From the NCBI RefSeq assembly GCF_048403405.1, contig NZ_CP183129.1: a DNA stretch of 64,000 bases, one strand, 5' to 3'. The notes beneath the pieces were generated by a model. That model did not search any database. It was not told the DNA's origin and saw only the letters and a list, made by a program, of their open reading frames with translations. The position numbers were made by a program, and so were the translations under genes. Shown here one piece after another: positions 1 to 14,078 of this stretch. How positions within the stretch are numbered: position 1 is the first letter of the stretch; every line of letters begins with the position of its first letter. The DNA is from Escherichia coli (lineage in GTDB: Bacteria; Pseudomonadota; Gammaproteobacteria; Enterobacterales; Enterobacteriaceae).

Positions 1-164
1 ATCTATAGCGATAAATGAAACATCTTAAAAGTTTTAGTATCATATTCGTGTTGGATTATTCTGCATTTTTGGGGATAATGGACCTGCCGACTGATTAATG
101 AGGGTTAATCAGTATGCAGTGGCATAAAAAAGCAAATAAAGGCATATAACAGAGGGTTAATAAC
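1..164 (+). promoter_or_regulatory. ompC promoter and 5' UTR (window begins inside the OmpR-binding region)
   Basis: AT-rich sequence immediately upstream of the ompC ATG at 165, matching my recollection of the K-12 ompC upstream region; long leader before the start codon. No TSS mapped here. Confidence 0.55.
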
Positions 165-1259
<1,095 letters not shown>

Positions 1260-1277
1260 TCTCGATTGATATCGAAC

Positions 1278-1300
1278 AAAGGGCCTGCGGGCCCTTTTTT
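1278..1300 (+). terminator. Rho-independent terminator of ompC
   Basis: GC hairpin aaagggcctgcgggccc followed by a T-run, 20 bp after the ompC stop. Confidence 0.7.
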
Positions 1301-1370
1301 CATTGTTTTCAGCGTACAAACACAGTTTTTTGGTGTACTCTTGCGACCGTTCGCATGAGGATAATCACGT

Positions 1371-2426
1371 ATGGAAATAAGCTTTACCCGCGTGGCACTG
1401 CTGGCTGCCGCGCTCTTCTTTGTTGGTTGCGATCAAAAAACACAACCCGCCAAAACCCACGCTACTGAAGTTACCGTTCTTGAAGGCAAAACCATGGGTA
1501 CCTTCTGGCGTGCCAGCATTCCGGGCATTGACGCCAAACGCAGTGCCGAACTTAAAGAAAAGATTCAGACCCAGCTGGACGCCGACGATCAGCTGCTTTC
1601 GACCTATAAAAAAGATTCCGCGCTGATGCGATTTAACGACTCGCAAAGTTTATCGCCGTGGCCGGTAAGTGAAGCGATGGCCGATATCGTCACCACCTCG
1701 CTGCGCATTGGCGCAAGGACCGATGGTGCGATGGATATAACCGTCGGGCCGCTGGTGAATCTGTGGGGCTTTGGCCCGGAACAACAGCCGGTTCAAATTC
1801 CGAGCCAGGAACAGATCGATGCGATGAAAGCCAAAACCGGCTTACAGCACCTGTCGGTCATTAATCAGTCGCATCAGCAATATCTGCAAAAAGACCTGCC
1901 GGATTTATATGTCGATCTCTCCACTGTCGGTGAAGGTTATGCGGCGGATCACCTGGCACGCTTGATGGAGCAGGAAGGTATTTCTCGCTACCTGGTGTCG
2001 GTGGGCGGGGCGCTGAACAGCCGTGGTATGAACGGTGAAGGCCAGCCGTGGCGAGTGGCGATTCAAAAACCAACCGATAAAGAAAACGCAGTTCAGGCGG
2101 TGGTGGATATCAACGGCCACGGTATCAGCACCTCCGGCAGCTACCGCAACTATTACGAACTGGACGGCAAACGCCTTTCTCATGTTATCGATCCGCAAAC
2201 CGGACGACCTATCGAGCATAATCTGGTATCCGTGACGGTGATTGCACCGACGGCGCTGGAAGCCGACGCCTGGGATACAGGTTTGATGGTGCTCGGGCCA
2301 GAGAAAGCCAAAGAGGTTGTTCGCCGGGAAGGGTTGGCGGTTTATATGATCACCAAAGAGGGCGATAGCTTTAAAACCTGGATGTCGCCGCAGTTTAAAA
2401 GCTTCCTGGTGAGCGAAAAAAATTAA
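1371..2426 (+). CDS. apbE: FAD:protein FMN transferase (ApbE/Ftp) lipoprotein
   Basis: 351 aa; lipoprotein signal ...LFFVGC; full-length match to the ApbE sequence as I recall it. Confidence 0.9.
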   Translation: MEISFTRVALLAAALFFVGCDQKTQPAKTHATEVTVLEGKTMGTFWRASIPGIDAKRSAELKEKIQTQLDADDQLLSTYKKDSALMRFNDSQSLSPWPVSEAMADIVTTSLRIGARTDGAMDITVGPLVNLWGFGPEQQPVQIPSQEQIDAMKAKTGLQHLSVINQSHQQYLQKDLPDLYVDLSTVGEGYAADHLARLMEQEGISRYLVSVGGALNSRGMNGEGQPWRVAIQKPTDKENAVQAVVDINGHGISTSGSYRNYYELDGKRLSHVIDPQTGRPIEHNLVSVTVIAPTALEADAWDTGLMVLGPEKAKEVVRREGLAVYMITKEGDSFKTWMSPQFKSFLVSEKN

Positions 2427-2432
2427 AGCGCA
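2420..2432 (+). promoter_or_regulatory. Ada box (AAANNAAAGCGCA) of the ada-alkB promoter, overlapping the apbE stop codon
   Basis: aaattaaagcgca matches the Ada-box consensus and lies about 70 bp upstream of the ada ATG. Confidence 0.55.
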
Positions 2433-2499
2433 AGATTGTTGGTTTTTGTGTGATGGTGACCGGACAGACTAAAGGCTATCCTTAACCAGGGAGCTGATT

Positions 2500-3564
2500 A
2501 TGAAAAACGCCACACGCTTAACTGACGATCAACGCTGGCAATCTGTCTTAGCACGCGACCCGAACGCCGACGGCGAATTCGTTTTCGCCGTGCGCACCAC
2601 GGGTATCTTTTGCCGTCCGTCTTGCCGCGCCAGACATGCCTTGCGGGAAAACGTTTCTTTCTATACGGATGCCAGCGAGGCGCTTGCCGCTGGCTTTCGC
2701 CCCTGCAAACGTTGTCAGCCAGATAAAGCCAATGCCCAGCAACATCGCCTTGATAAAATTACCCACGCCTGCCGACTGCTGGAACAGGAAACGCCTGTAA
2801 CGCTGGAAGCCTTAGCTGACCAGGTGGCGATGAGTCCGTTCCATTTGCATCGATTGTTTAAAGCGACTACCGGAATGACGCCGAAAGCCTGGCAACAGGC
2901 ATGGCGTGCTCGCCGTTTACGCGACTCGCTGGCGAAAGGGGAGAGCGTGACTACATCTATTCTTAACGCTGGATTCCCCGACAGCAGCAGTTACTACCGT
3001 AAAGCCGACGAAACGTTGGGCATGACGGCTAAACAGTTTCGTCACGGAGGTGAAAATCTGGCTGTGCGTTATGCGCTGGCTGATTGTGAACTGGGCCGTT
3101 GCCTGGTGGCTGAAAGCGAGCGGGGGATTTGCGCGATATTGCTGGGCGATGATGACGCGACATTAATCAGCGAGTTGCAGCAGATGTTTCCCGCTGCCGA
3201 CAACGCGCCTGCCGATTTGACGTTTCAACAACATGTGCGTGACGTGATCGCCAGCCTCAATCAACGCGATACGCCGCTGACGTTACCGCTGGATATTCGC
3301 GGCACTGCTTTTCAGCAACAAGTCTGGCAGGCACTGCGCACGATACCTTGCGGTGAAACCGTCAGTTATCAGCAACTGGCTAACGCCATCGGCAAACCGA
3401 AAGCGGTACGGGCCGTTGCCAGCGCCTGTGCCGCCAACAAGCTGGCTATCGTAATACCCTGTCATCGAGTGGTCCGTGGTGATGGCACACTTTCAGGTTA
3501 CCGCTGGGGCGTGTCGCGTAAAGCGCAACTGCTGCGCCGCGAAGCTGAGAATGAGGAGAGGTAA
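2500..3564 (+). CDS. ada: Bifunctional transcriptional activator / O6-methylguanine-DNA methyltransferase Ada
   Basis: 354 aa; N-terminal Cys cluster (CRPSCRARH...CKRCQPD), AraC-type HTH, C-terminal PCHRVV active-site motif. Confidence 0.95.
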   Translation: MKNATRLTDDQRWQSVLARDPNADGEFVFAVRTTGIFCRPSCRARHALRENVSFYTDASEALAAGFRPCKRCQPDKANAQQHRLDKITHACRLLEQETPVTLEALADQVAMSPFHLHRLFKATTGMTPKAWQQAWRARRLRDSLAKGESVTTSILNAGFPDSSSYYRKADETLGMTAKQFRHGGENLAVRYALADCELGRCLVAESERGICAILLGDDDATLISELQQMFPAADNAPADLTFQQHVRDVIASLNQRDTPLTLPLDIRGTAFQQQVWQALRTIPCGETVSYQQLANAIGKPKAVRAVASACAANKLAIVIPCHRVVRGDGTLSGYRWGVSRKAQLLRREAENEER

Positions 3565-4214
3565 TGTTGGATCTGTTTGCCGATGCTGAACCGTGGCAAG
3601 AGCCACTGGCGGCTGGTGCGGTAATTTTACGGCGTTTTGCTTTTAATGCTGCGGAGCAACTGATCCGCGATATTAATGACGTTGCCAGCCAGTCGCCGTT
3701 TCGCCAGATGGTCACCCCCGGGGGATATACTATGTCGGTGGCGATGACCAACTGTGGGCATCTGGGCTGGACGACCCATCGGCAAGGTTATCTCTATTCG
3801 CCCATTGATCCGCAAACAAATAAACCGTGGCCCGCCATGCCACAAAGCTTTCATGATTTATGTCAACGTGCGGCTACGGCGGCGGGCTATCCAGATTTCC
3901 AGCCAGATGCTTGTCTTATCAACCGCTACGCTCCTGGCGCGAAACTGTCGCTGCATCAGGATAAAGACGAACCGGATCTGCGCGCGCCGATTGTTTCTGT
4001 TTCTCTGGGCTTACCCGCGATTTTTCAATTTGGCGGCCTGAAACGAAATGATCCGCTAAAACGTTTGTTGTTGGAACATGGCGATGTGGTGGTATGGGGC
4101 GGTGAATCGCGGCTGTTTTATCATGGGATTCAACCGTTGAAAGCGGGGTTTCATCCACTCACCACCGACTGCCGCTACAACCTGACATTCCGTCAGGCAG
4201 GTAAAAAAGAATAA
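3564..4214 (+). CDS. alkB: Fe(II)/2-oxoglutarate-dependent DNA/RNA demethylase AlkB
   Basis: 216 aa; start overlaps the ada stop (TAATG); LHQDKDE iron-binding motif. Confidence 0.95.
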   Translation: MLDLFADAEPWQEPLAAGAVILRRFAFNAAEQLIRDINDVASQSPFRQMVTPGGYTMSVAMTNCGHLGWTTHRQGYLYSPIDPQTNKPWPAMPQSFHDLCQRAATAAGYPDFQPDACLINRYAPGAKLSLHQDKDEPDLRAPIVSVSLGLPAIFQFGGLKRNDPLKRLLLEHGDVVVWGGESRLFYHGIQPLKAGFHPLTTDCRYNLTFRQAGKKE

Positions 4215-4289
4215 AAATAAGAATTATTATTGCTGTGCGCGCGAAGATGTTTAAACTGCGGGCTGTAATTCATTGTCCGGGTTTTCTGC

Positions 4290-5933
4290 ATGGAACTTCT
4301 TGTACTTGTCTGGCGGCAGTATCGCTGGCCATTTATCAGTGTGATGGCGCTAAGCCTCGCCAGTGCGGCATTAGGCATTGGCTTAATTGCTTTTATCAAT
4401 CAGCGCCTTATCGAAACGGCGGATACCAGTCTGCTGGTGTTGCCGGAGTTTCTGGGGTTATTGCTGCTGTTGATGGCCGTCACTCTCGGATCGCAACTGG
4501 CGCTCACCACTTTGGGGCATCACTTCGTTTACCGACTGCGTAGTGAATTTATCAAGCGAATTCTCGATACCCACGTCGAGCGCATTGAACAACTTGGTAG
4601 CGCCTCGTTGTTGGCGGGGTTAACCAGCGATGTGCGCAATATCACCATTGCTTTTGTGCGTCTGCCGGAACTGGTGCAGGGGATCATCCTCACTATCGGT
4701 TCCGCGGCGTACTTGTGGATGCTGTCGGGCAAAATGTTGCTGGTAACGGCTATCTGGATGGCAGTCACCATCTGGGGCGGTTTTATACTGGTGGCGCGGG
4801 TGTACAAACATATGGCGACCCTGCGTGAAACCGAAGACAAGCTGTACACGGATTTTCAAACCGTACTCGAAGGGCGCAAAGAGCTGACTCTGAACCGGGA
4901 ACGCGCCGAGTATGTGTTTAACAACCTCTACATTCCTGATGCGCAAGAGTATCGCCATCATATTATCCGCGCAGACACCTTCCATCTTAGTGCCGTGAAC
5001 TGGTCAAACATCATGATGCTGGGCGCAATCGGTCTGGTGTTCTGGATGGCGAACAGTCTCGGTTGGGCTGATACCAACGTTGCCGCGACCTATTCGTTGA
5101 CGCTGTTATTCCTGCGTACGCCGCTGCTTTCGGCGGTTGGTGCATTACCGACGCTGCTGACGGCGCAGGTGGCGTTTAACAAGCTGAACAAATTCGCACT
5201 CGCGCCTTTCAAAGCAGAGTTTCCGCGCCCACAGGCGTTTCCCAACTGGCAAACGCTGGAGCTGCGTAACGTGACGTTTGCTTATCAGGATAACGCGTTT
5301 TCCGTTGGGCCGATTAACCTCACCATCAAACGTGGCGAGCTGCTGTTTCTGATTGGCGGCAACGGTAGCGGAAAATCGACGCTGGCGATGTTGCTGACGG
5401 GCTTGTATCAGCCACAAAGCGGCGAAATCTTGCTGGATGGCAACCCTGTCAGCGGCGAACAACCGGAAGATTATCGCAAACTGTTTTCGGCAGTGTTTAC
5501 CGATGTCTGGCTGTTCGATCAACTGTTGGGGCCGGAGGGTCAACCCGCTAACCCGCAACTGATTGAGAAGTGGCTGGTGCAGCTGAAAATGGCTCATAAG
5601 CTTGAGTTAAGCAACGGGCGTATTGTTAACCTGAAGTTATCAAAAGGGCAGAAAAAACGCGTCGCGCTGTTGCTGGCGCTGGCAGAAGAACGCGATATTA
5701 TCCTGCTGGATGAATGGGCGGCGGATCAGGATCCACACTTCCGTCGTGAGTTTTATCAGGTGTTGCTGCCGCTGATGCAGGAGATGGGTAAAACTATTTT
5801 CGCCATCAGTCATGATGATCATTACTTTATCCACGCCGACCGCCTGCTGGAAATGCGCAACGGGCTACTTAGCGAGCTGACAGGCGAAGAGCGCGATGCT
5901 GCTTCGCGTGATGCCGTTGCCCGGACGGCATAA
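4290..5933 (+). CDS. yojI: ABC transporter (fused permease/ATPase), microcin J25 efflux protein YojI
   Basis: 547 aa; N-terminal TM helices, Walker [13 protein letters not shown] signature LSKGQKKR. Confidence 0.9.
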   Translation: MELLVLVWRQYRWPFISVMALSLASAALGIGLIAFINQRLIETADTSLLVLPEFLGLLLLLMAVTLGSQLALTTLGHHFVYRLRSEFIKRILDTHVERIEQLGSASLLAGLTSDVRNITIAFVRLPELVQGIILTIGSAAYLWMLSGKMLLVTAIWMAVTIWGGFILVARVYKHMATLRETEDKLYTDFQTVLEGRKELTLNRERAEYVFNNLYIPDAQEYRHHIIRADTFHLSAVNWSNIMMLGAIGLVFWMANSLGWADTNVAATYSLTLLFLRTPLLSAVGALPTLLTAQVAFNKLNKFALAPFKAEFPRPQAFPNWQTLELRNVTFAYQDNAFSVGPINLTIKRGELLFLIGGNGSGKSTLAMLLTGLYQPQSGEILLDGNPVSGEQPEDYRKLFSAVFTDVWLFDQLLGPEGQPANPQLIEKWLVQLKMAHKLELSNGRIVNLKLSKGQKKRVALLLALAEERDIILLDEWAADQDPHFRREFYQVLLPLMQEMGKTIFAISHDDHYFIHADRLLEMRNGLLSELTGEERDAASRDAVARTA

Positions 5934-6138
5934 TATTTCGACGCTGACCTGGCGGACTGCTGCTGCCAGGTCAATATTCTAAAAATCCCTTCGTTTCTAA
6001 TAACCCTATAATTAATCAACGAAATTATAATGTTTCTAAAAATAGAATATAATTTATAAACATTATTTAAATGTTGTTACTTAAGTGTTACCGTTGATGC
6101 CGCGCAAATCTCACCTGCAATAAAGCGACTAAAAGTAA

Positions 6139-7796
<1,658 letters not shown>

Positions 7797-7797
<1 letters not shown>

Positions 7798-7930
7798 TGA
7801 TGTGCCACATCCGGCATGGTATGCCGGATGTGGCGTATGCTGATAAGACGCGCCAGCGTCGCATCAGGCAACCGGCTTGGGCGTTAGATGTCGGATGCGG
7901 CGTGACCGCCTTATCCGACCTACGGGGTGG
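7797..7930. repeat. REP/BIME palindromic repeat cluster between convergent mqo and eco
   Basis: Several imperfect palindromes of the GCCGGATG...CATCCGGC and GCCTGATGCGACGCTGGCGCGTCTTATCAG type, typical of enterobacterial REP elements. Confidence 0.6.
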
Positions 7931-7946
7931 AGCACTTCACGGCAGT

Positions 7947-8435
7947 TTAGCGGACTACCGCGTTGTCAATTTTCTCTTCCGCCTTCCAGATGCGGTACTT
8001 CACATCCACATTGTCTGGCGTATACACCACGATCGGCAGCTTGCTGTTATAACGCAGCATTCCGGCATCGCCCAGATACGCGGTGACAAATTTCTTCTCT
8101 TTCTTGCCATCCGGGCAGGCCATCATCGTCGAAACCGGGGAACTGACTTTATCAAAGACATAATAATCATAGCCCCAGCCTTCCAGCGTTTTGCTTTCCA
8201 GCTTCCCGCCGAGACGATGCAAATTGCAATCGACTTCCAGCGTCTGACCGATTAACAGTTCTACTTTCAGGGTAGATTCATCTTCTTGCGGGGTTAACTG
8301 AATCACCTGACGCTTCATGCCTTTTTCAGCTTGCGGATAAGGCGCGATTTTTTCCAGTGGCTGGACGCTCTCTGCCGCCCAGGCGGAGGTGGTGGCGAAA
8401 GCGGCAAACAATACTGCAGGTAGAATGGTCTTCAT
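7947..8435 (-). CDS. eco: Ecotin, periplasmic serine protease inhibitor
   Basis: 162 aa with signal peptide [20 protein letters not shown]. Confidence 0.9.
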   Translation of the reverse strand: MKTILPAVLFAAFATTSAWAAESVQPLEKIAPYPQAEKGMKRQVIQLTPQEDESTLKVELLIGQTLEVDCNLHRLGGKLESKTLEGWGYDYYVFDKVSSPVSTMMACPDGKKEKKFVTAYLGDAGMLRYNSKLPIVVYTPDNVDVKYRIWKAEEKIDNAVVR

Positions 8436-8711
8436 TTTTGCTTTCCTTCTTCATTTATAGGTTTTCACCGATGATGTCGCTGAAGGTTAACATATTCATC
8501 AGATTTATTAATTTGCTTTATGAATAACTTAAAGAACATTCAGATAATTTTACCTGCTCTTTTAGTGTTAAATTCTGATGAGAGAGCAAACCAACAGAAA
8601 TATTTCTGGTGAATTAATCGCTATATAAATATGTTTATAACCATTTGAAATGTGAGCAAAAGCCCGTTTTTGCCACGCTTCCCGCCACTCTTTTGATCCT
8701 GCTACAGGTTT

Positions 8712-8727
8712 TACCCCGATCGGGGTA
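8712..8727. promoter_or_regulatory. 7-2-7 inverted heptamer (TACCCCGATCGGGGTA), probable NarP/NarL site of the napF promoter
   Basis: Perfect 16-bp palindrome built from TACCNCT-type heptamers, about 115 bp upstream of the napF start. Confidence 0.5.
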
Positions 8728-8840
8728 TGCATCTTTGACACATCCTTTAATATCTTAGCGGCTATAAAAATGGCTTATTAATTATGCGGTTTATTTGGTC
8801 GCTCTCAATTTTCAGAGCGCGTTAATGATGGAAGGTCAAT

Positions 8841-9335
8841 GTGAAGATTGATGCATCCCGTCGGGGCATACTCACTGGTCGCTGGCGCAAAGCCAGTAAC
8901 GGTATCCGTCCGCCCTGGTCCGGTGATGAATCTCATTTTCTGACCCATTGCACCCGCTGCGACGCCTGTATTAATGCTTGTGAAAACAACATTCTGCAAC
9001 GCGGCGCGGGTGGCTATCCGAGTGTTAATTTCAAAAATAACGAGTGCAGCTTCTGTTACGCCTGCGCGCAGGCTTGCCCCGAATCGCTATTTTCTCCGCG
9101 CCACACCAGGGCCTGGGATTTGCTGTTCACCATCGGGGAGGCGTGCCTGGCGTATCAAACAGTTGAATGCCGCCGCTGTCAGGATAGCTGTGAGCCAATG
9201 GCAATTATCTTTCGCCCGACGCTCTCCGGGATCTACCAGCCGCAACTTAATAGCCAACTTTGCAACGGATGTGGAGCATGTGCAGCCAGCTGTCCGGTAT
9301 CAGCCATAACTGCGGAGTATCTCCATGCACACTAA
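8841..9335 (+). CDS. napF: Ferredoxin-type protein NapF
   Basis: 164 aa; multiple Cys-x2-Cys-x2-Cys-x3-CP 4Fe-4S motifs; GTG start. Confidence 0.9.
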   Translation: MKIDASRRGILTGRWRKASNGIRPPWSGDESHFLTHCTRCDACINACENNILQRGAGGYPSVNFKNNECSFCYACAQACPESLFSPRHTRAWDLLFTIGEACLAYQTVECRRCQDSCEPMAIIFRPTLSGIYQPQLNSQLCNGCGACAASCPVSAITAEYLHAH

Positions 9336-9588
9336 CTGGCAAGTTTGCAGCCTGGTCGTGCAGGCCAAAAGCGAACGAATTTCAGACATCAGCACCCAAC
9401 TGAACGCCTTTCCCGGCTGTGAAGTTGCTGTCAGCGACGCGCCGAGCGGTCAGTTGATTGTGGTGGTGGAAGCAGAAGACAGCGAAACGCTGATTCAAAC
9501 CATTGAGTCAGTACGCAACGTAGAGGGCGTGCTGGCGGTGTCGCTGGTTTATCACCAGCAGGAAGAGCAAGGTGAGGAAACACCATGA
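9325..9588 (+). CDS. napD: NapA chaperone NapD
   Basis: 87 aa; overlaps napF and napA. Confidence 0.9.
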   Translation: MHTNWQVCSLVVQAKSERISDISTQLNAFPGCEVAVSDAPSGQLIVVVEAEDSETLIQTIESVRNVEGVLAVSLVYHQQEEQGEETP

Positions 9589-12071
9589 AACTCAGTCGTC
9601 GTAGCTTTATGAAAGCTAACGCCGTTGCGGCCGCTGCGGCGGCTGCCGGTCTCAGCGTGCCGGGCGTTGCCCGCGCCGTTGTTGGTCAGCAGGAAGCCAT
9701 TAAATGGGATAAAGCGCCGTGCCGTTTCTGCGGTACTGGTTGCGGCGTTCTGGTCGGAACGCAGCAGGGGCGTGTGGTGGCCTGTCAGGGCGACCCGGAC
9801 GCACCGGTTAACCGTGGTCTGAACTGCATTAAGGGCTATTTCCTGCCCAAAATCATGTACGGTAAAGACCGTTTGACGCAGCCGCTTCTGCGTATGAAAA
9901 ACGGTAAATATGACAAAGAAGGCGAATTTACCCCAATCACCTGGGATCAAGCCTTCGATGTGATGGAAGAGAAATTCAAAACCGCCCTGAAAGAAAAAGG
10001 GCCGGAATCGATCGGTATGTTCGGTTCTGGTCAGTGGACTATCTGGGAAGGTTATGCCGCGTCCAAGCTGTTTAAAGCGGGATTCCGTTCGAACAACATC
10101 GACCCGAACGCGCGTCACTGTATGGCGTCGGCGGTAGTTGGCTTTATGCGTACCTTTGGTATGGATGAGCCGATGGGCTGCTATGACGACATCGAGCAGG
10201 CTGATGCGTTTGTGCTGTGGGGCGCGAACATGGCGGAAATGCACCCGATCCTCTGGTCGCGCATCACTAACCGTCGTCTCTCTAACCAGAACGTCACCGT
10301 GGCGGTGCTTTCTACCTACCAGCATCGTAGCTTCGAGCTGGCGGATAATGGCATCATCTTTACGCCGCAATCAGACCTGGTGATCCTGAACTACATCGCC
10401 AACTATATCATTCAAAACAATGCGATAAATCAGGACTTCTTTAGCAAACACGTTAACCTGCGCAAAGGGGCGACGGACATCGGCTACGGTTTACGTCCGA
10501 CCCATCCGCTGGAAAAAGCAGCGAAGAATCCAGGTTCTGACGCCTCCGAACCGATGAGCTTTGAAGATTACAAAGCCTTCGTTGCTGAGTATACGCTGGA
10601 AAAAACTGCCGAAATGACCGGCGTGCCGAAAGACCAGTTAGAACAACTGGCGCAGCTGTATGCCGATCCGAACAAGAAAGTCATCTCCTACTGGACGATG
10701 GGCTTCAACCAGCATACCCGTGGTGTATGGGCCAACAACCTGGTCTACAACCTGCACCTGCTGACCGGCAAAATTTCCAAGCCGGGTTGCGGTCCGTTCT
10801 CCCTGACCGGGCAGCCTTCCGCGTGTGGTACTGCGCGTGAAGTGGGCACCTTTGCTCACCGTCTGCCTGCGGACATGGTGGTAACTAACGAGAAACATCG
10901 TGATATCTGCGAGAAGAAGTGGAATATCCCGAGCGGCACCATTCCGGCGAAAATCGGTCTGCATGCGGTAGCACAAGACCGTGCGCTGAAAGACGGCAAG
11001 CTGAATGTTTACTGGACCATGTGTACCAACAACATGCAGGCCGGGCCGAACATCAATGAAGAGCGTATGCCGGGCTGGCGCGATCCGCGCAACTTCATCA
11101 TCGTCTCCGATCCGTATCCGACAGTCAGTGCGCTGGCCGCCGACTTGATCCTGCCGACCGCAATGTGGGTAGAAAAAGAGGGTGCTTACGGTAACGCCGA
11201 ACGCCGTACTCAGTTCTGGCGTCAGCAGGTACAGGCACCGGGCGAAGCGAAATCGGATCTCTGGCAGTTAGTCCAGTTCTCCCGCCGCTTCAAAACTGAA
11301 GAAGTATGGCCGGAAGATCTGCTGGCGAAGAAACCGGAACTGCGTGGCAAAACGCTGTACGAAGTTCTGTATGCCACCCCGGAAGTGAGCAAATACCCTG
11401 TATCCGAACTGGCGGAAGATCAGCTGAACGATGAATCCCGCGAGCTGGGCTTCTATCTGCAAAAAGGGCTGTTCGAAGAGTACGCATGGTTTGGTCGCGG
11501 TCACGGTCACGATCTGGCACCGTTCGATGACTACCACAAAGCGCGCGGTCTGCGCTGGCCGGTGGTGAACGGTAAAGAAACACAGTGGCGTTACAGCGAA
11601 GGTAACGACCCGTACGTGAAAGCGGGCGAAGGCTATAAGTTCTACGGTAAACCGGATGGCAAAGCGGTGATCTTCGCACTGCCGTTCGAACCGGCGGCGG
11701 AGGCACCGGATGAAGAGTACGACCTGTGGCTCTCTACCGGACGCGTCCTGGAGCACTGGCATACCGGCAGTATGACTCGCCGTGTACCGGAACTGCACCG
11801 TGCCTTCCCGGAAGCGGTCCTGTTTATTCACCCGTTGGATGCGAAAGCGCGCGATCTGCGCCGTGGCGACAAAGTGAAAGTGGTTTCTCGCCGTGGCGAA
11901 GTGATCTCGATTGTTGAAACGCGCGGTCGTAACCGTCCGCCACAGGGCCTGGTGTACATGCCGTTCTTCGACGCCGCACAGCTGGTTAACAAACTGACGC
12001 TGGACGCGACCGATCCGCTCTCGAAAGAGACGGACTTCAAGAAGTGCGCGGTCAAACTGGAGAAGGTGTAA
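9585..12071 (+). CDS. napA: Periplasmic nitrate reductase catalytic subunit NapA
   Basis: 828 aa; twin-arginine signal SRRSFMK...ARA; CRFCGTGC Fe-S motif; molybdopterin oxidoreductase. Confidence 0.95.
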   Translation: MKLSRRSFMKANAVAAAAAAAGLSVPGVARAVVGQQEAIKWDKAPCRFCGTGCGVLVGTQQGRVVACQGDPDAPVNRGLNCIKGYFLPKIMYGKDRLTQPLLRMKNGKYDKEGEFTPITWDQAFDVMEEKFKTALKEKGPESIGMFGSGQWTIWEGYAASKLFKAGFRSNNIDPNARHCMASAVVGFMRTFGMDEPMGCYDDIEQADAFVLWGANMAEMHPILWSRITNRRLSNQNVTVAVLSTYQHRSFELADNGIIFTPQSDLVILNYIANYIIQNNAINQDFFSKHVNLRKGATDIGYGLRPTHPLEKAAKNPGSDASEPMSFEDYKAFVAEYTLEKTAEMTGVPKDQLEQLAQLYADPNKKVISYWTMGFNQHTRGVWANNLVYNLHLLTGKISKPGCGPFSLTGQPSACGTAREVGTFAHRLPADMVVTNEKHRDICEKKWNIPSGTIPAKIGLHAVAQDRALKDGKLNVYWTMCTNNMQAGPNINEERMPGWRDPRNFIIVSDPYPTVSALAADLILPTAMWVEKEGAYGNAERRTQFWRQQVQAPGEAKSDLWQLVQFSRRFKTEEVWPEDLLAKKPELRGKTLYEVLYATPEVSKYPVSELAEDQLNDESRELGFYLQKGLFEEYAWFGRGHGHDLAPFDDYHKARGLRWPVVNGKETQWRYSEGNDPYVKAGEGYKFYGKPDGKAVIFALPFEPAAEAPDEEYDLWLSTGRVLEHWHTGSMTRRVPELHRAFPEAVLFIHPLDAKARDLRRGDKVKVVSRRGEVISIVETRGRNRPPQGLVYMPFFDAAQLVNKLTLDATDPLSKETDFKKCAVKLEKV

Positions 12072-12077
12072 GCCATT

Positions 12078-12773
12078 ATGTCCCGGTCAGCGAAACCTCA
12101 AAATGGTCGCCGCCGCTTTCTGCGCGATGTCGTTCGCACAGCTGGCGGGCTGGCTGCCGTGGGTGTGGCGCTGGGGTTACAACAGCAAACCGCACGCGCA
12201 TCTGGCGTGCGGTTGCGCCCGCCCGGAGCCATAAACGAGAACGCCTTTGCCAGTGCCTGTGTGCGTTGCGGTCAGTGTGTTCAGGCTTGCCCTTACGACA
12301 CCTTAAAACTGGCGACGCTGGCTTCTGGCCTGTCGGCGGGCACGCCATATTTTGTCGCACGGGATATTCCTTGCGAAATGTGTGAGGACATTCCGTGCGC
12401 CAAAGTGTGCCCGAGCGGTGCGCTGGATCGTGAGATCGAATCGATCGACGACGCGCGGATGGGGCTGGCGGTACTGGTGGACCAGGAAAACTGTCTCAAC
12501 TTTCAGGGGCTGCGCTGCGATGTTTGTTATCGCGAATGCCCGAAAATTGATGAGGCAATCACCCTGGAGCTGGAGCGCAACACGCGTACCGGTAAGCACG
12601 CCCGCTTTCTGCCGACGGTTCACAGCGACGCCTGTACCGGCTGCGGTAAGTGCGAAAAAGTGTGCGTGCTGGAACAACCGGCAATCAAGGTGTTACCGCT
12701 GTCACTGGCGAAAGGGGAGTTAGGTCACCATTACCGCTTCGGCTGGCTGGAGGGGAACAATGGCAAATCGTAA
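12078..12773 (+). CDS. napG: Ferredoxin-type protein NapG
   Basis: 231 aa; Tat-like RRRFLR leader; four Cys-rich ferredoxin motifs. Confidence 0.9.
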
Positions 12774-13623
12774 ACGTGACGCCGGGCGCGAGGCGCTGGA
12801 GAAAAAAGGCTGGTGGCGCAGCCACCGTTGGCTGGTGTTACGTCGCCTTTGTCAGTTCTTCGTGCTGGGGATGTTTTTGAGCGGTCCGTGGTTTGGTGTG
12901 TGGATCTTGCACGGCAACTACAGCAGTAGCCTGTTATTCGACACCGTTCCGCTGACCGATCCGCTGATGACGCTGCAAAGTCTTGCCAGCGGTCATCTGC
13001 CTGCCACGGTGGCGTTGACCGGTGCGGTAATTATCACCGTGCTCTACGCCCTGGCAGGAAAGCGATTATTTTGCAGCTGGGTCTGCCCGCTGAACCCGAT
13101 TACCGACTTAGCGAACTGGTTACGCAGGCGCTTTGACCTCAATCAGTCTGCGACGATCCCTCGCCACATTCGCTACGTGCTGTTGGTGGTCATTCTGCTG
13201 GGATCGGCCTTAACCGGCACACTCATCTGGGAATGGATCAACCCCGTTTCCCTGATGGGGCGCAGTCTGGTAATGGGATTCGGCAGCGGCGCGCTGCTTA
13301 TTCTCGCGCTGTTTTTATTTGATCTACTGGTCGTTGAACACGGCTGGTGCGGGCACATTTGTCCGGTTGGCGCGCTGTATGGCGTGCTGGGTAGCAAAGG
13401 TGTCATTACCGTTGCGGCCACCGATCGGCAGAAATGTAACCGCTGTATGGATTGTTTTCATGTTTGCCCGGAACCGCATGTGCTACGTGCCCCGGTGCTG
13501 GATGAACAAAGCCCGGTGCAGGTCACCAGCCGCGATTGCATGACGTGCGGTCGCTGCGTGGATGTCTGTTCTGAGGATGTATTTACAATAACTACACGAT
13601 GGAGTTCGGGAGCGAAATCATGA
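12760..13623 (+). CDS. napH: Membrane ferredoxin-type protein NapH
   Basis: 287 aa; TM helices plus C-terminal CxxCxxCxxxCP motifs. Confidence 0.9.
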
Positions 13624-14069
13624 AAAGCCATGACCTGAAGAAAGCGCTGTGTCAATGGACGGCGATGCTGGCCCTGGTGGTGAGCGGCGCGGTTTGGGCG
13701 GCTAATGGCGTCGATTTTAGCCAGTCGCCGGAAGTATCCGGGACGCAGGAAGGGGCCATTCGGATGCCAAAAGAGCAGGATCGGATGCCGCTGAACTATG
13801 TGAATCAGCCGCCAATGATCCCGCATAGCGTTGAAGGTTATCAGGTAACGACCAATACCAACCGCTGCTTGCAGTGCCACGGTGTCGAAAGCTATCGCAC
13901 CACTGGCGCGCCGCGCATCAGTCCTACTCACTTTATGGACAGCGACGGCAAAGTGGGCGCGGAAGTGGCTCCGCGTCGTTATTTCTGTCTGCAATGTCAC
14001 GTACCGCAGGCCGATACCGCGCCAATCGTGGGGAATACCTTTACCCCGTCAAAAGGTTACGGGAAATAA
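13620..14069 (+). CDS. napB: Diheme cytochrome c NapB
   Basis: 149 aa from the internal ATG (MKSHDLKK...); two CxxCH motifs (CLQCH twice). Confidence 0.9.
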   Translation: MKSHDLKKALCQWTAMLALVVSGAVWAANGVDFSQSPEVSGTQEGAIRMPKEQDRMPLNYVNQPPMIPHSVEGYQVTTNTNRCLQCHGVESYRTTGAPRISPTHFMDSDGKVGAEVAPRRYFCLQCHVPQADTAPIVGNTFTPSKGYGK

Positions 14070-14078
14070 GAGGTTATT

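Noticed and set aside
8805-8999. 64-aa minus-strand ORF overlapping the napF start; also a possible small yojO-like ORF in the eco-napF gap.
   Set aside because: It overlaps the napF start and promoter with no support. I cannot reconstruct a yojO-like small ORF from the sequence with confidence, so it is left uncalled.
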